A program made the position numbers and the translations under genes. 64,000 nt of DNA, from the NCBI GenBank assembly GCA_035502185.1, contig DATJUT010000011.1, positions 17,228-81,227 of the forward strand. The letters run 5' to 3'. The DNA is from Gemmatimonadales bacterium (GTDB lineage: Bacteria; Gemmatimonadota; Gemmatimonadetes; Gemmatimonadales; JACORV01). The number at the start of each line of letters is the position of its first letter. Position 1 is the stretch's first letter. The notes under the pieces were generated by a model that saw only the letters and a program-made list of their open reading frames with translations, was not told the DNA's origin and searched no databases. Positions 62,815 to 64,000 of this stretch are shown here, one piece after another.

Positions 62815-64000
62815 CTACAACACCCGGTTCCGGAACCCGTTGTTCTGCTGCTGCTGGAACGGGTTGCTGGCGCCGCCGGCCTTCTCGTTCGTCACGGCGG
62901 CGATGATCTTCATGCCCTCCTTGAGGGTCGGGCCGGTGATCTCCGTCAGCTGGCCGTCGGTGAGCCCGGTGTGCACGCGCACCGGCGTCGGCTTGCCGTT
63001 GGCGTCGAGGGTCCAGAGGACCGCGGTGTTGTTGGCGCCGGCGCCGGCCTGACCGCCCATGGCGCCCGTGCCGCCCTGCCGCTGGCCGCCGCCGAATCCG
63101 CCACCCTGGCCGCCGCCCATCGTGACCGCGCCGCCGCCCTGCGCACGCTGCGCCATCATCTGGCGGAAGCGGGCCGAGTCGGCGGCCGTGAACTGGCGCC
63201 GCCCCGTCCCCGAGTCCGCCCCGGCCGCGCCCGGCCGGCGCTGCGGAAGGTCGGCCGCCGCCAGCATCGCCTCGGAGGGCCGGAACCGCAGCGCCGCGTT
63301 CTGGATCCGCAACACGCTCGCCGCCTTGGCCGTCTCGAAGTTCACCGTCGCCGTCATCCCCGGCAGCAACGTCCCATCCGGGTTGTTCACGTACACCACC
63401 ACCGTGTAGTCCACCACGTTCTGCACCGTGGCGGACTGCAGCCGCACCTGGTGGACCGTGCCGTGGTAAGTCCGGTTCGGGTACGACTCGACCGTGAACT
63501 GCACGTCCTGGCCCTGCTTGATCTGGCCGATGTCCGCCTCATCCACCTGCACCAGGATCTGCATCCTGCTGAGATTGGACGCGATCACGAACAGCTGCGG
63601 AGCCGCGAAGCTCGAGGCCACCGTCTGGCCCACCTGCACATCGCGCTCCTGCACCACGCCGTCGATCGGCGCGTAGATGTACGTGTACGCCAAGTCCTGC
63701 TCGGCTCTCGCCAGGCCGACGCGCGCCGAGAGCAGGTTGGCCTTCGACTGCTCGAACGCGGCCTGCGCCGCCACGTAGTCGTTATCCGTCATCATCCCGC
63801 TGGCGTGGAGCGGCGTCGCCTGGGTGAGCGTGAACGACTTCAACATCGAGTCCGCGACATCCTGCGCCACCTGGGCCTGCGCCGTCCTCACCTCCAGCTC
63901 CGACGGTCGCGGGTCGAGCCGCGCGAGCAGCTCACCCTTCTTCACGTGACTGTTGTAGTCGGCGAACAGCTGGGTGATCTGGCCCGAGACCTGCGCTCCC
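62815..64000 (-). CDS. Efflux periplasmic adaptor (HlyD/MacA-like), paralog 1; 5' end beyond the window
   Basis: Tracked ORF 62815..63945 begins at an internal GTG. The frame stays open to 64000 and reads ...AQVSGQITQLFADYNSHVKKGELLARLD, collinear with the paralog at 59550..60767. Confidence 0.85.
   Translation of the reverse strand, partial: GAQVSGQITQLFADYNSHVKKGELLARLDPRPSELEVRTAQAQVAQDVADSMLKSFTLTQATPLHASGMMTDNDYVAAQAAFEQSKANLLSARVGLARAEQDLAYTYIYAPIDGVVQERDVQVGQTVASSFAAPQLFVIASNLSRMQILVQVDEADIGQIKQGQDVQFTVESYPNRTYHGTVHQVRLQSATVQNVVDYTVVVYVNNPDGTLLPGMTATVNFETAKAASVLRIQNAALRFRPSEAMLAAADLPQRRPGAAGADSGTGRRQFTAADSARFRQMMAQRAQGGGAVTMGGGQGGGFGGGQRQGGTGAMGGQAGAGANNTAVLWTLDANGKPTPVRVHTGLTDGQLTEITGPTLKEGMKIIAAVTNEKAGGASNPFQQQQNNGFRNRVL

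Overview
Very GC-rich (by eye roughly 70% or more) bacterial chromosomal segment. Gene content (ADOP-type duplicated permease, CarboxypepD_reg-type outer-membrane proteins) suggests a Gemmatimonadota/Acidobacteriota-like genome; this is inference only. I recognised no rRNA, tRNA, CRISPR array, transposase or integrase. The ORF track reports the longest ORFs and shows GTG starts as M. Many real genes are therefore only the 3' part of a long Arg/Pro/Gly/Ala-rich spurious ORF, and I re-derived their starts from stop/start overlaps (ATGA, GTGA, TGATG). Four blocks are present. (1) 1-33.9 kb is a large exopolysaccharide/glycan locus. It holds a minus-strand operon (polysaccharide deacetylase, FemAB-like, DegT aminotransferase, PPTase, acyl-CoA dehydrogenase, adenylation-PCP-hydrolase protein, second hydrolase, AsnB-like, deacetylase-GT4 fusion). 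It also holds plus-strand nucleotide-sugar genes (UXS-like, UGDH, RfbF, RfbC-like, SAF oxidoreductase, class-III aminotransferase), two paralogous flippases around a pyruvyl transferase, a GH-like lipoprotein, an outer-membrane barrel with a triple-repeat lipoprotein, and an LMW tyrosine phosphatase. (2) 33.8-40.1 kb is the most interesting part, a translationally coupled minus-strand cassette. Its order is an untracked 33-aa peptide gene, a hairpin, an HPr-kinase-like P-loop protein, PqqD (B1-like), a transglutaminase-like Cys protease (B2-like), a PF14907-like nucleotidyltransferase, a Wzm/Wzt ABC-2 exporter and a VanZ-like protein. The peptide carries a lasso-type leader motif at exact spacing. 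No lasso cyclase is adjacent and the predicted core cannot form a lasso ring. (3) 40.3-54.1 kb is an arabinan/pentose utilisation block (GH127-like, Tat GH-like, Ig-repeat lyase-like lipoprotein, xylulokinase, HAD, AraD, AraB, XylA-like isomerase, SSS sugar symporter). A telomere-like G-tract inverted repeat sits between two convergent genes. (4) 54.1-64 kb holds an ADOP permease, a sigma-54 two-component pair, and a MacAB-like efflux set with two adaptor paralogs.
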